64,000 nt of DNA from Candidatus Heimdallarchaeota archaeon. GTDB lineage: Archaea; Asgardarchaeota; Heimdallarchaeia; Hodarchaeales; Hodarchaeaceae. The notes under the pieces are model-generated. The model did no database searches, had not been told where the DNA came from, and worked only from the letters and a program-made list of their open reading frames with translations. Of the stretch, positions 1 through 10,749 are shown piece after piece. Position 1 is the first letter of the stretch. Each line of letters starts with the position of its first letter. Where the stretch lies: assembly GCA_011364965.1 (NCBI GenBank), contig RDOB01000004.1, forward strand, positions 392,769-456,768, read 5' to 3'. Position numbers and translations under genes: made by a program.

Positions 1-1495
1 GCGAATTGATCTTCGATTTGTCGGAGATTTAAATACAACTGCTGAAATGATTGACCAAGGCTTTATTGTTGAACGCCATCTAAGGGATGGAGATATGGTT
101 CTCTTTAATAGACAACCTTCGCTTCATCGAATGTCCATTATGGCACATGAAGTCCGAGTTATGCCTTATAAGACATTCAGACTGCACTTATGCGTATGTA
201 CTCCATATAATGCAGATTTTGATGGAGATGAAATGAACCTTCATGTACCACAAAGCGAAGAAGCACGAGCTGAAACTCGAGTGCTTATGAGAGTACAAGA
301 ACAGATTTTATCTCCACGATACGGAGGTCCAATTATTGGAGCTTTACACGACTATGTGTCAGCAGCTTTTCTTTTAACTCGTAAAAAAACTTTAATCACC
401 AAAGAAGACGTTTGGCAATTATTGCTAGCTGGAAATTACGAAGAAGAGCTTCCCCCTCCTGCAATTTCTCATCCCAAGGAATTATGGACTGGAAAACAGG
501 TATTTGGTCTTCTTCTACCTCCAGATGTTAGTGTAACAAGCAGATCCCGAACCTGTAAGAAACATGACATATGTAAACTCGAACTTTGCGAAAATGATAG
601 TTATGTGTATATAAGATCGGGGCAGTTACTTTCTGGGGTTATTGATCGCAGAGCAATTGGTGCTGACGAATCTGAAAGCGTTTTGCATGTTGTGGTTAAA
701 GATCATGGGAGCGATCGTGCTCGAGAATTTCTAGATTCCTTGACACAAATGCTCTTGGAATTTCTTTCCCATGAGGGATTTAGTCTCGGTTATTCTAATG
801 TAAATATGCCTGATGAAGGTAAAAAGCGAATTAAAGCAATAATTGCAGAAAATGAGAAAGCTGCTGCTGATATCATTGGAGCATATCATAGGGGTGAGTT
901 AGAACCCCTTCCTGGAAAATCATTAGAAGAAACACTAGAAATGCGAATAATGAGTGTATTAGCAAAGGCAAGAGATAGTGCTGGAAGCATTGCTAATGAT
1001 TATATGGGTATATCGAACTCTGCAGTTGTAATGGCCTCAACAGGGGCAAAAGGTACTCAACTTAACATCGCCCAAATGGCTGCTTGTGTAGGTCAACAGT
1101 CTATAAGAGGAGAACGCATTTTGAGGGGCTATCGGAAGCGGTCTCTTCCTCATTTCCAAAAGAATGATATTGGACCTATAGCTCGAGGTTTTGTAAGAGC
1201 AAACTATCGTGTTGGCTTATCACCAACAGAATTCTTTTTCCATGCTCAAGGAGGTCGAGAAGGACTAGTAGATACAGCTGTAAGAACATCCACAAGTGGT
1301 TATCTGCAGCGTCGACTCGTTAATGCTTTACAGGATTTACATGTCAATTACGATATAATTGTCCGAACAACAGAGGGTGATGTGGTTCAGTTAAAATACG
1401 GGGAAGATGGTGTTGATCCAATGAAATCCTATCACGGAAGACCTGTAGATATCGATGCAATTATTGAAGAAGTGCTTTCTTCAGAAGAGAATTGA
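1..1495 (+). CDS. rpoA1: DNA-directed RNA polymerase subunit A' (Rpo1N), 5'-truncated by window edge
   Basis: Catalytic NADFDGD motif, NRQPSLH, GREGLVDTAVRTS bridge helix. The frame is open back to base 2. Confidence 0.99.
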   Translation, partial: RIDLRFVGDLNTTAEMIDQGFIVERHLRDGDMVLFNRQPSLHRMSIMAHEVRVMPYKTFRLHLCVCTPYNADFDGDEMNLHVPQSEEARAETRVLMRVQEQILSPRYGGPIIGALHDYVSAAFLLTRKKTLITKEDVWQLLLAGNYEEELPPPAISHPKELWTGKQVFGLLLPPDVSVTSRSRTCKKHDICKLELCENDSYVYIRSGQLLSGVIDRRAIGADESESVLHVVVKDHGSDRAREFLDSLTQMLLEFLSHEGFSLGYSNVNMPDEGKKRIKAIIAENEKAAADIIGAYHRGELEPLPGKSLEETLEMRIMSVLAKARDSAGSIANDYMGISNSAVVMASTGAKGTQLNIAQMAACVGQQSIRGERILRGYRKRSLPHFQKNDIGPIARGFVRANYRVGLSPTEFFFHAQGGREGLVDTAVRTSTSGYLQRRLVNALQDLHVNYDIIVRTTEGDVVQLKYGEDGVDPMKSYHGRPVDIDAIIEEVLSSEEN

Positions 1496-1502
1496 GGAGT
1501 GA

Positions 1503-2702
<1,200 letters not shown>

Positions 2703-2704
2703 TT

Positions 2705-3004
2705 ATGAAACCAGATTTAGAAAAAGCCATAAATATGGCTGTAAGTACAGGAAAAGTAAAATTGGGGTACGAGAGCACGATTAAGAGTTTATTAACAGGT
2801 AAGGTAAAAGCAACAATAATCTCAAGCAATATCCCGTTAACTGCTCGAAATACAATTGAAAGACACTGCCAGCTATCAAATGTACCTATAATCGAATATG
2901 AAAAATCTGGTATAGATCTTGGAGCAATTTGTGGTCGTCCACATAAAATTACTTCAGTTGTGATACTAAATCCGGGAAATTCAAAAATTCTGGATTATAT
3001 ATAG
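2705..3004 (+). CDS. rpl30e: 50S ribosomal protein L30e
   Basis: TGKVKLG...DLGAICGRP...GNSKIL; canonical position after rpoA2. Confidence 0.96.
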   Translation: MKPDLEKAINMAVSTGKVKLGYESTIKSLLTGKVKATIISSNIPLTARNTIERHCQLSNVPIIEYEKSGIDLGAICGRPHKITSVVILNPGNSKILDYI

Positions 3005-3009
3005 GATGT

Positions 3010-3456
3010 TTGATTTTGTCAAATATTCGTATGTCTCAAGAAGAGCTCCGATTTATTTCTATTCTTGAGGGATTAACAGGAGCCCTAGCTGTTGATTGCA
3101 TATGGAACAAGGAAGAAGGGAGAGTGATATTTATAGTTCGTCGTGGGGATACAGGTAAAGTAATAGGAAAAGGAGGAACAACAATTCGTCGTCTTCGGGA
3201 ACATTTTCAAAAAGCTGTTGATATAATCGAGTATTCAGATTCCCCTGAACGATTTGCCTCAAATACAATCGCTCCTGCAAAATCACAGAATGTTGAAATT
3301 TTCGAAAAATCTGGGAAAAAAACTGTGGTTATTACAGTTATTCCAAAAGAGAAAGGAAAGGCAATAGGTAAAAATGGTAGGATTATTCAAAGATCCCGTT
3401 TACTTATGAAGAGACATTTTGGAGTGAATAATGTCATTATCCAGAGTACTGCATAA
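3010..3456 (+). CDS. nusA: Archaeal NusA (two KH domains)
   Basis: IGKGG and IGKNG KH GxxG loops; canonical operon position. Confidence 0.95.
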   Translation: MILSNIRMSQEELRFISILEGLTGALAVDCIWNKEEGRVIFIVRRGDTGKVIGKGGTTIRRLREHFQKAVDIIEYSDSPERFASNTIAPAKSQNVEIFEKSGKKTVVITVIPKEKGKAIGKNGRIIQRSRLLMKRHFGVNNVIIQSTA

Positions 3457-3594
3457 ACGAAATTCATTCTACTTAGAACAAATCTTTCATATAGCCATTG
3501 AAAAAAAGTATCAAGTGCTTGTAGATAAGGAAAGAAAATACGATTTACGATCACAAACATAAAAAAGTGCTTTAGAGTAATAAGGCGATAAATT

Positions 3595-4038
3595 ATGACA
3601 GGATTAAAGTCACCACGCGGTGAATTTGCTGCAAATAAGTTAGTACGCAAAAGAAAGCGATTTCGATGGAAGAGTACCCCCTATAAACGCAAAGTACTAC
3701 GATTAAAAGAAAAGTTCGACCCTTTGGAAGGAGCTCCTCAAGCTCGTGGAATTGTTATTGAAAAAGTAGGAATTGAATCAAAACAACCAAACTCCGCAAT
3801 TAGAAAATGTGTTAGGGTACAATTAATTAAAAATGGAAAGCAAGTCACTGCTTTTGTACCAGGTGATGGAGGATTATTATTTATAGATGAACACGATGAA
3901 GTAATTATTGAGGGAATCGGGGGTGCAAAAGGCGGGGCAATTGGAGACCTTCCAGGCGTTCGATACCGCGTAGTACATGTTAATGGAGTCAGTCTTGATG
4001 CTTTGCTTTCCGGAAGAAAGGAAAAGCCCATGCGTTAA
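3595..4038 (+). CDS. rps12: 30S ribosomal protein S12 (uS12)
   Basis: [23 protein letters not shown]. Confidence 0.99.
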   Translation: MTGLKSPRGEFAANKLVRKRKRFRWKSTPYKRKVLRLKEKFDPLEGAPQARGIVIEKVGIESKQPNSAIRKCVRVQLIKNGKQVTAFVPGDGGLLFIDEHDEVIIEGIGGAKGGAIGDLPGVRYRVVHVNGVSLDALLSGRKEKPMR

Positions 4039-4046
4039 AGGAAAAC

Positions 4047-4061
4047 ATTTTTTTCCTTTTT
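4047..4061 (+). terminator. Oligo-T tract, probable archaeal terminator after rps12
   Basis: T-rich run (T7-CC-T5) immediately after the rps12 stop. Confidence 0.4.
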
Positions 4062-4079
4062 ACTGGTGAGTAGCCTTTT

Positions 4080-4778
4080 TTGACTTTTCCCCCCCAGAAA
4101 ACCTTCCGTATTATTTCTCCGAAAGATTTATTCCTCTCTCGTGAACAAAAGGAAAATTTCTTTCTGATTCAGGATTATCTAAAAGGAATTCAATCTTTTC
4201 TAGAACCTCAGATAAGGTTAGAGCAATATTCTCTTCCAGATGACTTAATAGCCTTTATTCTAACATTAGTATCCAAAGATCTATCAAACAAGAGAATAAT
4301 CGATTTTGGATGTGGAACGGGTCGATTCACGCTTCCTATTGCAAAATTTTTTGCTCAAAGAGTGATCGGGGTCGATATTGATTATGAATCGGTGAAGTAT
4401 ATTAATTACTGGAAAAAAAGGCAAAATTTATCAGTAGATCTCATAATTACTCCTATAGAATTTTTGGAACCAGAAAAATGGAAGAATCTGTTTGATATGA
4501 CAGTAATGAATCCTCCATTCGGGACTAAACGACGAAGATTGGATACAGTATTTCTTAAAAAGGCTTTAAGCGGATCAGAAACAGTAATATCTATTCATAA
4601 ATCAAATTTATTAACAAGAAAATTGTTAAGTTCCATAGGGGACGAGTACGGAAAAGTTAATGAGATATTAGTAACAATTTCATTTTCTATTCCTCCTATT
4701 TTTCGTTCCCATCGCAAAAAAGCACATTTTGTAACAATTGATCTATATAAGTTTGCCTCTAAATCCCCTAAACGTTAA
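4080..4778 (+). CDS. METTL5-family N6-adenine RNA methyltransferase (start uncertain)
   Basis: LEQY, DFGCGTG SAM motif, MNPPFG, SIHK, FRSHRKK. Confidence 0.88.
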   Translation: MTFPPQKTFRIISPKDLFLSREQKENFFLIQDYLKGIQSFLEPQIRLEQYSLPDDLIAFILTLVSKDLSNKRIIDFGCGTGRFTLPIAKFFAQRVIGVDIDYESVKYINYWKKRQNLSVDLIITPIEFLEPEKWKNLFDMTVMNPPFGTKRRRLDTVFLKKALSGSETVISIHKSNLLTRKLLSSIGDEYGKVNEILVTISFSIPPIFRSHRKKAHFVTIDLYKFASKSPKR

Positions 4779-4898
4779 ATAAAATAAATCTTAAAAGATA
4801 AGATCACCCAACTCTCAAGAAATAGAAAATCGATGAATAAAGTTTATGACTAAGAGAATATTAAAATGATTATAAAGAAGCAATGAACGGGAATAGAA

Positions 4899-5510
4899 AT
4901 GAATAAAAGTAAGGAAATTGAATCTGAGGAGGATCTAGTTCTACCTGGAGATAAAATTGCTGTTATTGAAGAATTTGTGCCAGATGATACCTGTTATGAA
5001 GACGAGGGTGTAATTTATTCAACTTTCTTAGGCAAAGTTAATCCAGATTCAAAAAAACATAAAATCTCAGTTCAGCCTTTAAAAAAGTATCAAGAAGTAA
5101 AGGTTGGAGATATGGGAATAGGGCTTGTTCAATTCATAAAAAAGCAAATTGCTTCAATTGATGTTTTCTATATTAACAATGAATATTTACCCGTTCCATT
5201 TTCCTCTATTTTGCATGTTTCAGAAGCTTCAAGACGTTTTGTAAGAAGTATGTTTGAAGTTACGCGTCCTGGGGATTGGATCAAAGTTCGAATTATTAGA
5301 ACTATGAAACCAGTTTATGTTAGCCTTGTTGGTCACGATTTAGGAGTAATTATTGCATATTGCGTTCAATGTGGATATGAACTCGAATTTAAAAGACGAA
5401 ATACACTTCTATGTCCAAACTGTGATACTCTTCAACCACGAATTACGTCACGCAATTTCGGCAAACCTTTGAAACTAAGTTTGGGGTCATCTTTGAATGA
5501 AACCCGATGA
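4899..5510 (+). CDS. csl4: Exosome complex RNA-binding subunit Csl4
   Basis: LVLPGDKIAVIEEF N-terminus, S1 domain, LGVI-AYCxxC...CPNC zinc ribbon. Confidence 0.93.
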   Translation: MNKSKEIESEEDLVLPGDKIAVIEEFVPDDTCYEDEGVIYSTFLGKVNPDSKKHKISVQPLKKYQEVKVGDMGIGLVQFIKKQIASIDVFYINNEYLPVPFSSILHVSEASRRFVRSMFEVTRPGDWIKVRIIRTMKPVYVSLVGHDLGVIIAYCVQCGYELEFKRRNTLLCPNCDTLQPRITSRNFGKPLKLSLGSSLNETR

Positions 5511-6321
5511 TAAATTACTCTGGAAAAAACTAGATAGAAATACAGAGGCATGGCGGAAAAGAAGAAAAGACACCAAAGATTACCAAACAGTGGATGCAGT
5601 TATAGACGCACAAACGATACAAGAAATTGAAAAATTGCAAAATAAGGGGATTTTAGGGGAATTAACAGGCACAATCGCTTCTGGAAAAGAATCAGGTGTT
5701 TTTTTAGCTAATGTTGGGCTCCTAGGAGATAGAATCTGTCAGGAAAATCAAATAGATCCTCCAATTGTCATTAAAATCTTCCGAACTAGTACAATGAATT
5801 TCAAAAAAATGTCTCAATATATTATTGGAGACCACAGATTTTACAAACAAAGCAAAAAGACTCGTAAAATAATCCATCTCTGGACAGAAAAGGAATTTCG
5901 AAATCTTCAACGAGCATCCTTTGCAGGTTTGAATGTTCCTAAACCAATTCTGGTTAAGAAAAATCTCCTTTTGATGGAATTACTCGGAGAAAATGGGATT
6001 CCTTATCCTCTTTTGAAAAATACTCCTTCTGCATATACTCAAGCCATCTTAACCAAAATTCTAGATCAAGTTAAGCATTTATTCAAGATTGGTTTGGTGC
6101 ACGCTGATTTATCTCCATTCAATATCCTTATAGGAAGAGACACTCCCTTTCTCATTGATATGAGTCAAAGCGTAATAACCTCACATCCAAATGCATTAAA
6201 ATTCCTTGAAAGAGATATAAACAATATTTTAACTCCTTTCTCCCAGTCAGGAGTGAATACCCCAGATTATGATGAATTATATGATGAAATCATAAAGCTC
6301 ACCCCTCAAGAATCATTCTAA
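5497..6321 (+). CDS. rio1: RIO1-family serine/threonine kinase
   Basis: ASGKES P-loop, WTEKEFRNL, LVHADLSPFN, IDMSQSV, FLERD. Confidence 0.95.
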   Translation: MKPDDKLLWKKLDRNTEAWRKRRKDTKDYQTVDAVIDAQTIQEIEKLQNKGILGELTGTIASGKESGVFLANVGLLGDRICQENQIDPPIVIKIFRTSTMNFKKMSQYIIGDHRFYKQSKKTRKIIHLWTEKEFRNLQRASFAGLNVPKPILVKKNLLLMELLGENGIPYPLLKNTPSAYTQAILTKILDQVKHLFKIGLVHADLSPFNILIGRDTPFLIDMSQSVITSHPNALKFLERDINNILTPFSQSGVNTPDYDELYDEIIKLTPQESF

Positions 6322-6364
6322 AGCTAATAGAAATAAAGAAATTATATGGCAGGAGTAGAATAAA

Positions 6365-6961
6365 TTGACCATTGAAAGTAATATCCGGATCCCTAGGAGT
6401 CGAATAGGGGTTCTAATCGGTAAAGGTGGGAGTACAAAGAAACAATTGGAAACCCTTACTGGTGTAGAACTTACAATTGATAGTGAAGATGGTTCTGTAA
6501 TTATTCGGTCTACTCCAAACATTCCAGATCCTAGTTATATCTGGAAAACTCGAGAGATTATCCGTGCTATTGCACGAGGATTTAACGCTGACCGTGCGTT
6601 CCTTTTAATCGATGATGAGATCTATCTCGAAACAATAGAGCTTGAAGGGACAAAAAATAATATTAAGAGATTGAAATCGCGTCTAATTGGAGAAGGAGGC
6701 AAAGCAAGAAAAATGATTGAGATAAGCACTTCTGCATGTATTTCAATATTCGGTAACCAGGTTTCAATTATTGGCGAGTTAAATGAAATTGGGAACGCAA
6801 AAGAAGCAATAACACTTTTAATAAATGGCTCTAAACACAGCACTGTATTTCGATTCTTAGAACAATTACGTTTCCGTTCACGGATGAAACCTCCCAAGAT
6901 TTGGAAAGATAAATCTTTTGATGAAGAACTGACTATATCAGAAACTGAGGAAGAAGAATAA
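6365..6961 (+). CDS. KH-domain pre-rRNA processing protein (Dim2/Pno1/Krr1 family)
   Basis: RIGVLIGKGG, AIARGF, RLIGEGGK, GSKHSTVF; follows rio1 as in other archaea. Confidence 0.92.
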   Translation: MTIESNIRIPRSRIGVLIGKGGSTKKQLETLTGVELTIDSEDGSVIIRSTPNIPDPSYIWKTREIIRAIARGFNADRAFLLIDDEIYLETIELEGTKNNIKRLKSRLIGEGGKARKMIEISTSACISIFGNQVSIIGELNEIGNAKEAITLLINGSKHSTVFRFLEQLRFRSRMKPPKIWKDKSFDEELTISETEEEE

Positions 6962-7123
6962 AAAAGAAATCTTCTCTTCAAACGAAAAATGAATAAATTC
7001 CAATTAAAATACTCTAAATGTTGGCCATTCTTATTTAAAAAGCTCCATTACCGTTTAAAATGTAATTGAGGCCTAGGATTCCAATTAATCATTGGTATTT
7101 GCCATCAAAGGCTAATAATATTG

Positions 7124-7197
7124 GGGCCGATAGCTCAGCTTGGTAGAGCGTCTGGCTTGCACCCAGAAGGTCGCGAGTTCAAATCTCGCTCGGTCCA
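7124..7197 (+). tRNA. tRNA-Ala(TGC)
   Basis: GGGCCGA/TCGGTCC acceptor with G3:U70, anticodon arm TCTGG-CT-TGC-AC-CCAGA, TTCAAAT T-loop, A73. CCA not encoded. Confidence 0.97.
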
Positions 7198-7274
7198 TCT
7201 TCTTTTTTAAAGATAAGAAAACCAAAAGTTTGTACATTTAGGAATATTATTGAAACTTCGTTCAATAGGATCTA

Positions 7275-7475
7275 CTACGAGAAAATAGAGGTTAATCGTT
7301 GAAGTAACTCATCTGCATTTACTAATAACCAATCAAGAACTCCAGTTACAATACTTAGGATCAATAAAAAACCAAATAAACTTAATCCAATTAATATTCC
7401 TTCTTCCACGAGTGGAGATCCTCTTCTTTTTTGAAACAATAATTTGATAGTTCTCTTAGAAAATGACAAGATCAT
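7275..7475 (-). CDS. Small type IV/Flp-like prepilin with class III signal peptide
   Basis: MILSFSKRTIKLLFQKRRG/SPLVEEGILIGLSLFGFLLILSIVTG: basic leader, G at -1, E at +5, long hydrophobic helix. GGTGAGG SD-like motif before ATG 7475. Confidence 0.7.
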   Translation of the reverse strand: MILSFSKRTIKLLFQKRRGSPLVEEGILIGLSLFGFLLILSIVTGVLDWLLVNADELLQRLTSIFS

Positions 7476-7570
7476 TTTCCTCACCACAATACAAAACTTC
7501 AAGTTGTTTATAATGTCCCAAAAATCGCAAAATGTATGTAAAATTTAGGTAATTATAACTGAGAAAAATT

Positions 7571-8206
7571 ATGGAAGTATCGGTGTGCTTAGTGAAATTT
7601 ATTCCAACAAAACAGGTTAAGCCATTAAAAATAATTGTTTTAGGGGAAGGAGGTGTTGGAAAAACAACGATTTCAAAGACTTTCACTAGTAATTCGTGTT
7701 TTAAAGACGCTAGACAAACTATTGCAGTAGAATTTCATTCTATAATTTTTAATCTGGATTCAACCAAATTCAAGCTTCAAATATGGGATTTGGGAGGTCA
7801 AGAGCAATTCAAAAACATGGGAGTCTTTGGAGATTTTTGTAGAGGAGCAGATGCTGCTATCCTATGTTTTGATCTCACTGACTTATCCACTTTATTTTCG
7901 ATTCCTGATTGGTTAAAGTTCATAGAAAATGACACACCTAAATTTTTAGTCGGAACAAAGTATGATCTTGCTTCAACTGAAGAAAAAACATTTGATATAA
8001 CTTCATTCGAAGAAAAGTTTCATTGTGTTGATTCATATATTTGTTCCTCTAAAGAAATTAGTTCTGTTATCCAGATCTTTAAGGGCGTTATTGACTTTCT
8101 AGAAAACGGGAAAAATAGTCTACAATTGCCTTCCAAGACATCTGTTAAGATATCTAAACCTCTAGTATTATCACAAGGTGAGTTATATGCAAAAATTAAT
8201 AGGTAA
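7571..8206 (+). CDS. Rab-like small GTPase (Ras superfamily)
   Basis: G1 GEGGVGKT, TIAVEF, KLQIWDLGGQE, FCRGA, LCFDLT, G4 GTKYD, G5 CSSK. Confidence 0.93.
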   Translation: MEVSVCLVKFIPTKQVKPLKIIVLGEGGVGKTTISKTFTSNSCFKDARQTIAVEFHSIIFNLDSTKFKLQIWDLGGQEQFKNMGVFGDFCRGADAAILCFDLTDLSTLFSIPDWLKFIENDTPKFLVGTKYDLASTEEKTFDITSFEEKFHCVDSYICSSKEISSVIQIFKGVIDFLENGKNSLQLPSKTSVKISKPLVLSQGELYAKINR

Positions 8207-8930
8207 AATGAATAATAAACATGAAAATAAGAGAATTGTAAGTGGTGTGCCAGGATTCAATCGTTTAGTTGAAGGTGGTTTTAGGGAAAATTCAGTAAAT
8301 GTCGTCATTGCTGACCCTGGTTGCGGAAAATCAACTTTTTGTTGGCAATTCTGTGCTGAAGAGCCAGAAGCCCCTGCATTATATGTCTCCTTAGAACAGA
8401 ATCTAGATTCAGTGCTAAGAGATTGTCGTGATATTGGCCTGAATAATTTTGAAGACAAATATAGGAGAGGTCGTTTGCAATTCCAAGTTGCGTTTAGCGA
8501 GGATTCTGATATGACCTCTGGAGAAATCGGTTTGAGATTTTTTATGTCTGAACTCCCTAAATATCTTGAAATAATCAGGGAAACAGCAGAACATTATCAT
8601 GGAGGAATACGAATAGCAATAGATCCCCTTACTCCATTATTATTGGAAATTCCAGATTTGAACCAGCAACGAAATGCCATAAATCGAATATTTACATCTT
8701 TAAGAAAGATTGGTACAGCTGTTGTTACAATAGAGAAAGGATTTGGGGAATCTTTAGCGAAAGTGCCATTATTTCTTGCAGATTCCATTCTTGAATTAGA
8801 ACATATTGGTCTTGGTGGTATATACAACCGAACACTCCGTGTTCGTAAGTTTCGAGGTTCTGCACATGCTGAGACTCCTCAACCGATTCATTTTGAAACT
8901 GGAAAGGGGTTATCGGTATATGAAATCTAA
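8178..8930 (+). CDS. Single-domain KaiC/RAD55-like ATPase
   Basis: SGVPGFNRLVEGGF, Walker A ADPGCGKS, YVSLEQ, Walker B IAIDP, LADSIL, VRKFRG. Confidence 0.9.
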   Translation: MSYMQKLIGKMNNKHENKRIVSGVPGFNRLVEGGFRENSVNVVIADPGCGKSTFCWQFCAEEPEAPALYVSLEQNLDSVLRDCRDIGLNNFEDKYRRGRLQFQVAFSEDSDMTSGEIGLRFFMSELPKYLEIIRETAEHYHGGIRIAIDPLTPLLLEIPDLNQQRNAINRIFTSLRKIGTAVVTIEKGFGESLAKVPLFLADSILELEHIGLGGIYNRTLRVRKFRGSAHAETPQPIHFETGKGLSVYEI

Positions 8931-9351
8931 TATTTTAGAATTGAAGCCCTCAATACCCTCTCTTCTTCGAACTATAGATCAGGAATTAGGGCATTTGAAC
9001 AACTTCATCGATATTCAGGCTGTTTTCCTCTTTAGAATCGATGGATATGTTTTGAAGTCCCATTATAGTACAAATCGCTCAAATAATCTCTTGCATGTCA
9101 TAGGTTGGGTTAAGCAAATTATCTCTAAAACTATGGAGGAATTGCAGAGAGGATCCAGATCCGTTAAATATGACAAAGAAATAAACGTAAATGAGTCTAT
9201 TCCAGTCTATTTCTATCGTGCAGGTCAATCCAGTATTTTAGTAACCTTTCTTAGGTCAAAAGCAAATACTGGATTAATGGAAATTGAGATGAGTCGAACT
9301 GCAAAACGTTTGAGCTATATAATTGATAATTTTGATAGTTTAGAGGTTTAA
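8920..9351 (+). CDS. Roadblock/LC7 (MglB-like) domain protein
   Basis: IQAVFLFRIDGYVLKS, beta-meander, ANTGLMEIEMSRTAKRL C-terminal helix. ATG 8920 overlaps the upstream stop, so it is preferred over the 8806 start. Confidence 0.75.
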   Translation: MKSNILELKPSIPSLLRTIDQELGHLNNFIDIQAVFLFRIDGYVLKSHYSTNRSNNLLHVIGWVKQIISKTMEELQRGSRSVKYDKEINVNESIPVYFYRAGQSSILVTFLRSKANTGLMEIEMSRTAKRLSYIIDNFDSLEV

Positions 9352-9353
9352 AA

Positions 9354-10730
9354 ATGATTAATGCCTCGGTTGGTCTATTTATTAATCACGATCTAAATTA
9401 TGCAACACAAAAAGCCTTAGAACAGGCTGAAGCGAAGTTGGATGGGGATCCCTCTCTCATTCTATATTTTACCGGGACTCATCTTGGGGGTTCCCAGACA
9501 TACGATAGAGCATTAAGGATTATCAAGCAGAAATATCCCAGAATTCCCTTGGCAGGATGTTCAGGAATCGGAATATGTGATAAACATGATTATGGTCTAA
9601 AAGGGGCTGGTATTCTCCTAGTAACAGGGATCACCGCTAGAACTTCACTTATAAAGCGTTTTAGAATTGGTACGAGTCTAAAAGCTCGCAAAATTCGACG
9701 GAATTGTAATAAAATAAATCGTATTGAAAAAAAAAGAGGATCGAACACAACTTTCCTTTTTTTTCCCCCTGGACTTGGTTTTCCCAAATTCTTAATTAAT
9801 TTACTAAATCATAAGATTGAAGGCTTTAATCCCTTTTTTCCTCTGAATAATCGCATTTGGCGATTGTTTCCTTTATTATCGAAACTTTCTGGTAAGTTTG
9901 CTGGATTCGCTATGGACATTGCTGGGATTGGAATCTCCTACTCGGCGGCTTGGCCTCTGTTTTCACAATTATATGAGGATGGTATTCATTTTACCGGCAC
10001 ATTTGGTACCGATCCTCTTACCATGAATAAATCATATCAATTCAGTAATTTTAAAGCATATAAGGACTCTTTAGTTTATGTTTCCATTAGTTCTCCTTTT
10101 TTACACTTTACAAGTCAAACTGATAGTGGTGCTCAAATAATTCCTCAAAAAACTTTCGATTTGGATAGTTATCTAAATGGGGGTTTTATTCCCAGAATTA
10201 GAAAGAAATGGGGAAAACTTGCATTATTAGAGCTTTTTGACATGGAAAAAACTCCTGAAATCTTAGAAGAATGTATTCAACGATATTTCTACTATCATCC
10301 ATTTCGACCATTGTGCGTGATTGATAACTCAAACAATCAAAATATTTATTGTTTAGCAGTAAATCCAAATCTCAATCACGCGCTGATTACAGCGCCTAAC
10401 CAAGTTGCTAAGCAATTAATCAAAACATCTAGAAATAGATTAAATGCATATATTTGTGATCAGAGTTCTCAAACTATTGAATCCTTACTAAAGGAAACTT
10501 TGTCAAAACAGGTTTCAAAAAACACCCTATTCGGTTTATTTTTCGATTGTGGGAATAGAGCAATGATCATTGGTGATAGATTCGACCAATACTCAAAGGT
10601 TTATGCTGATAACTTAAATATTCCTTATTTGGTTGTCATATCTGGAGGTGAAATAAATTCGCAGACATTCCCTATTGTTAACATGAGTTTAATCTCCAGT
10701 TTGGCACACGGAACCATAAATTCTCCCTAG
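9354..10730 (+). CDS. FIST N/C-domain sensory protein
   Basis: PSLILYF, IPLAGCSGIG (FIST_N); GLFFDCGNR and SGGEI (FIST_C). Confidence 0.78.
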   Translation: MINASVGLFINHDLNYATQKALEQAEAKLDGDPSLILYFTGTHLGGSQTYDRALRIIKQKYPRIPLAGCSGIGICDKHDYGLKGAGILLVTGITARTSLIKRFRIGTSLKARKIRRNCNKINRIEKKRGSNTTFLFFPPGLGFPKFLINLLNHKIEGFNPFFPLNNRIWRLFPLLSKLSGKFAGFAMDIAGIGISYSAAWPLFSQLYEDGIHFTGTFGTDPLTMNKSYQFSNFKAYKDSLVYVSISSPFLHFTSQTDSGAQIIPQKTFDLDSYLNGGFIPRIRKKWGKLALLELFDMEKTPEILEECIQRYFYYHPFRPLCVIDNSNNQNIYCLAVNPNLNHALITAPNQVAKQLIKTSRNRLNAYICDQSSQTIESLLKETLSKQVSKNTLFGLFFDCGNRAMIIGDRFDQYSKVYADNLNIPYLVVISGGEINSQTFPIVNMSLISSLAHGTINSP

Positions 10731-10749
10731 AATGGAGGATTAAACCAAA

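Noticed and set aside
8806-8919. N-terminal extension of the Roadblock ORF
   Set aside because: It overlaps the KaiC-like gene by over 100 nt; ATG 8920 gives normal translational coupling.
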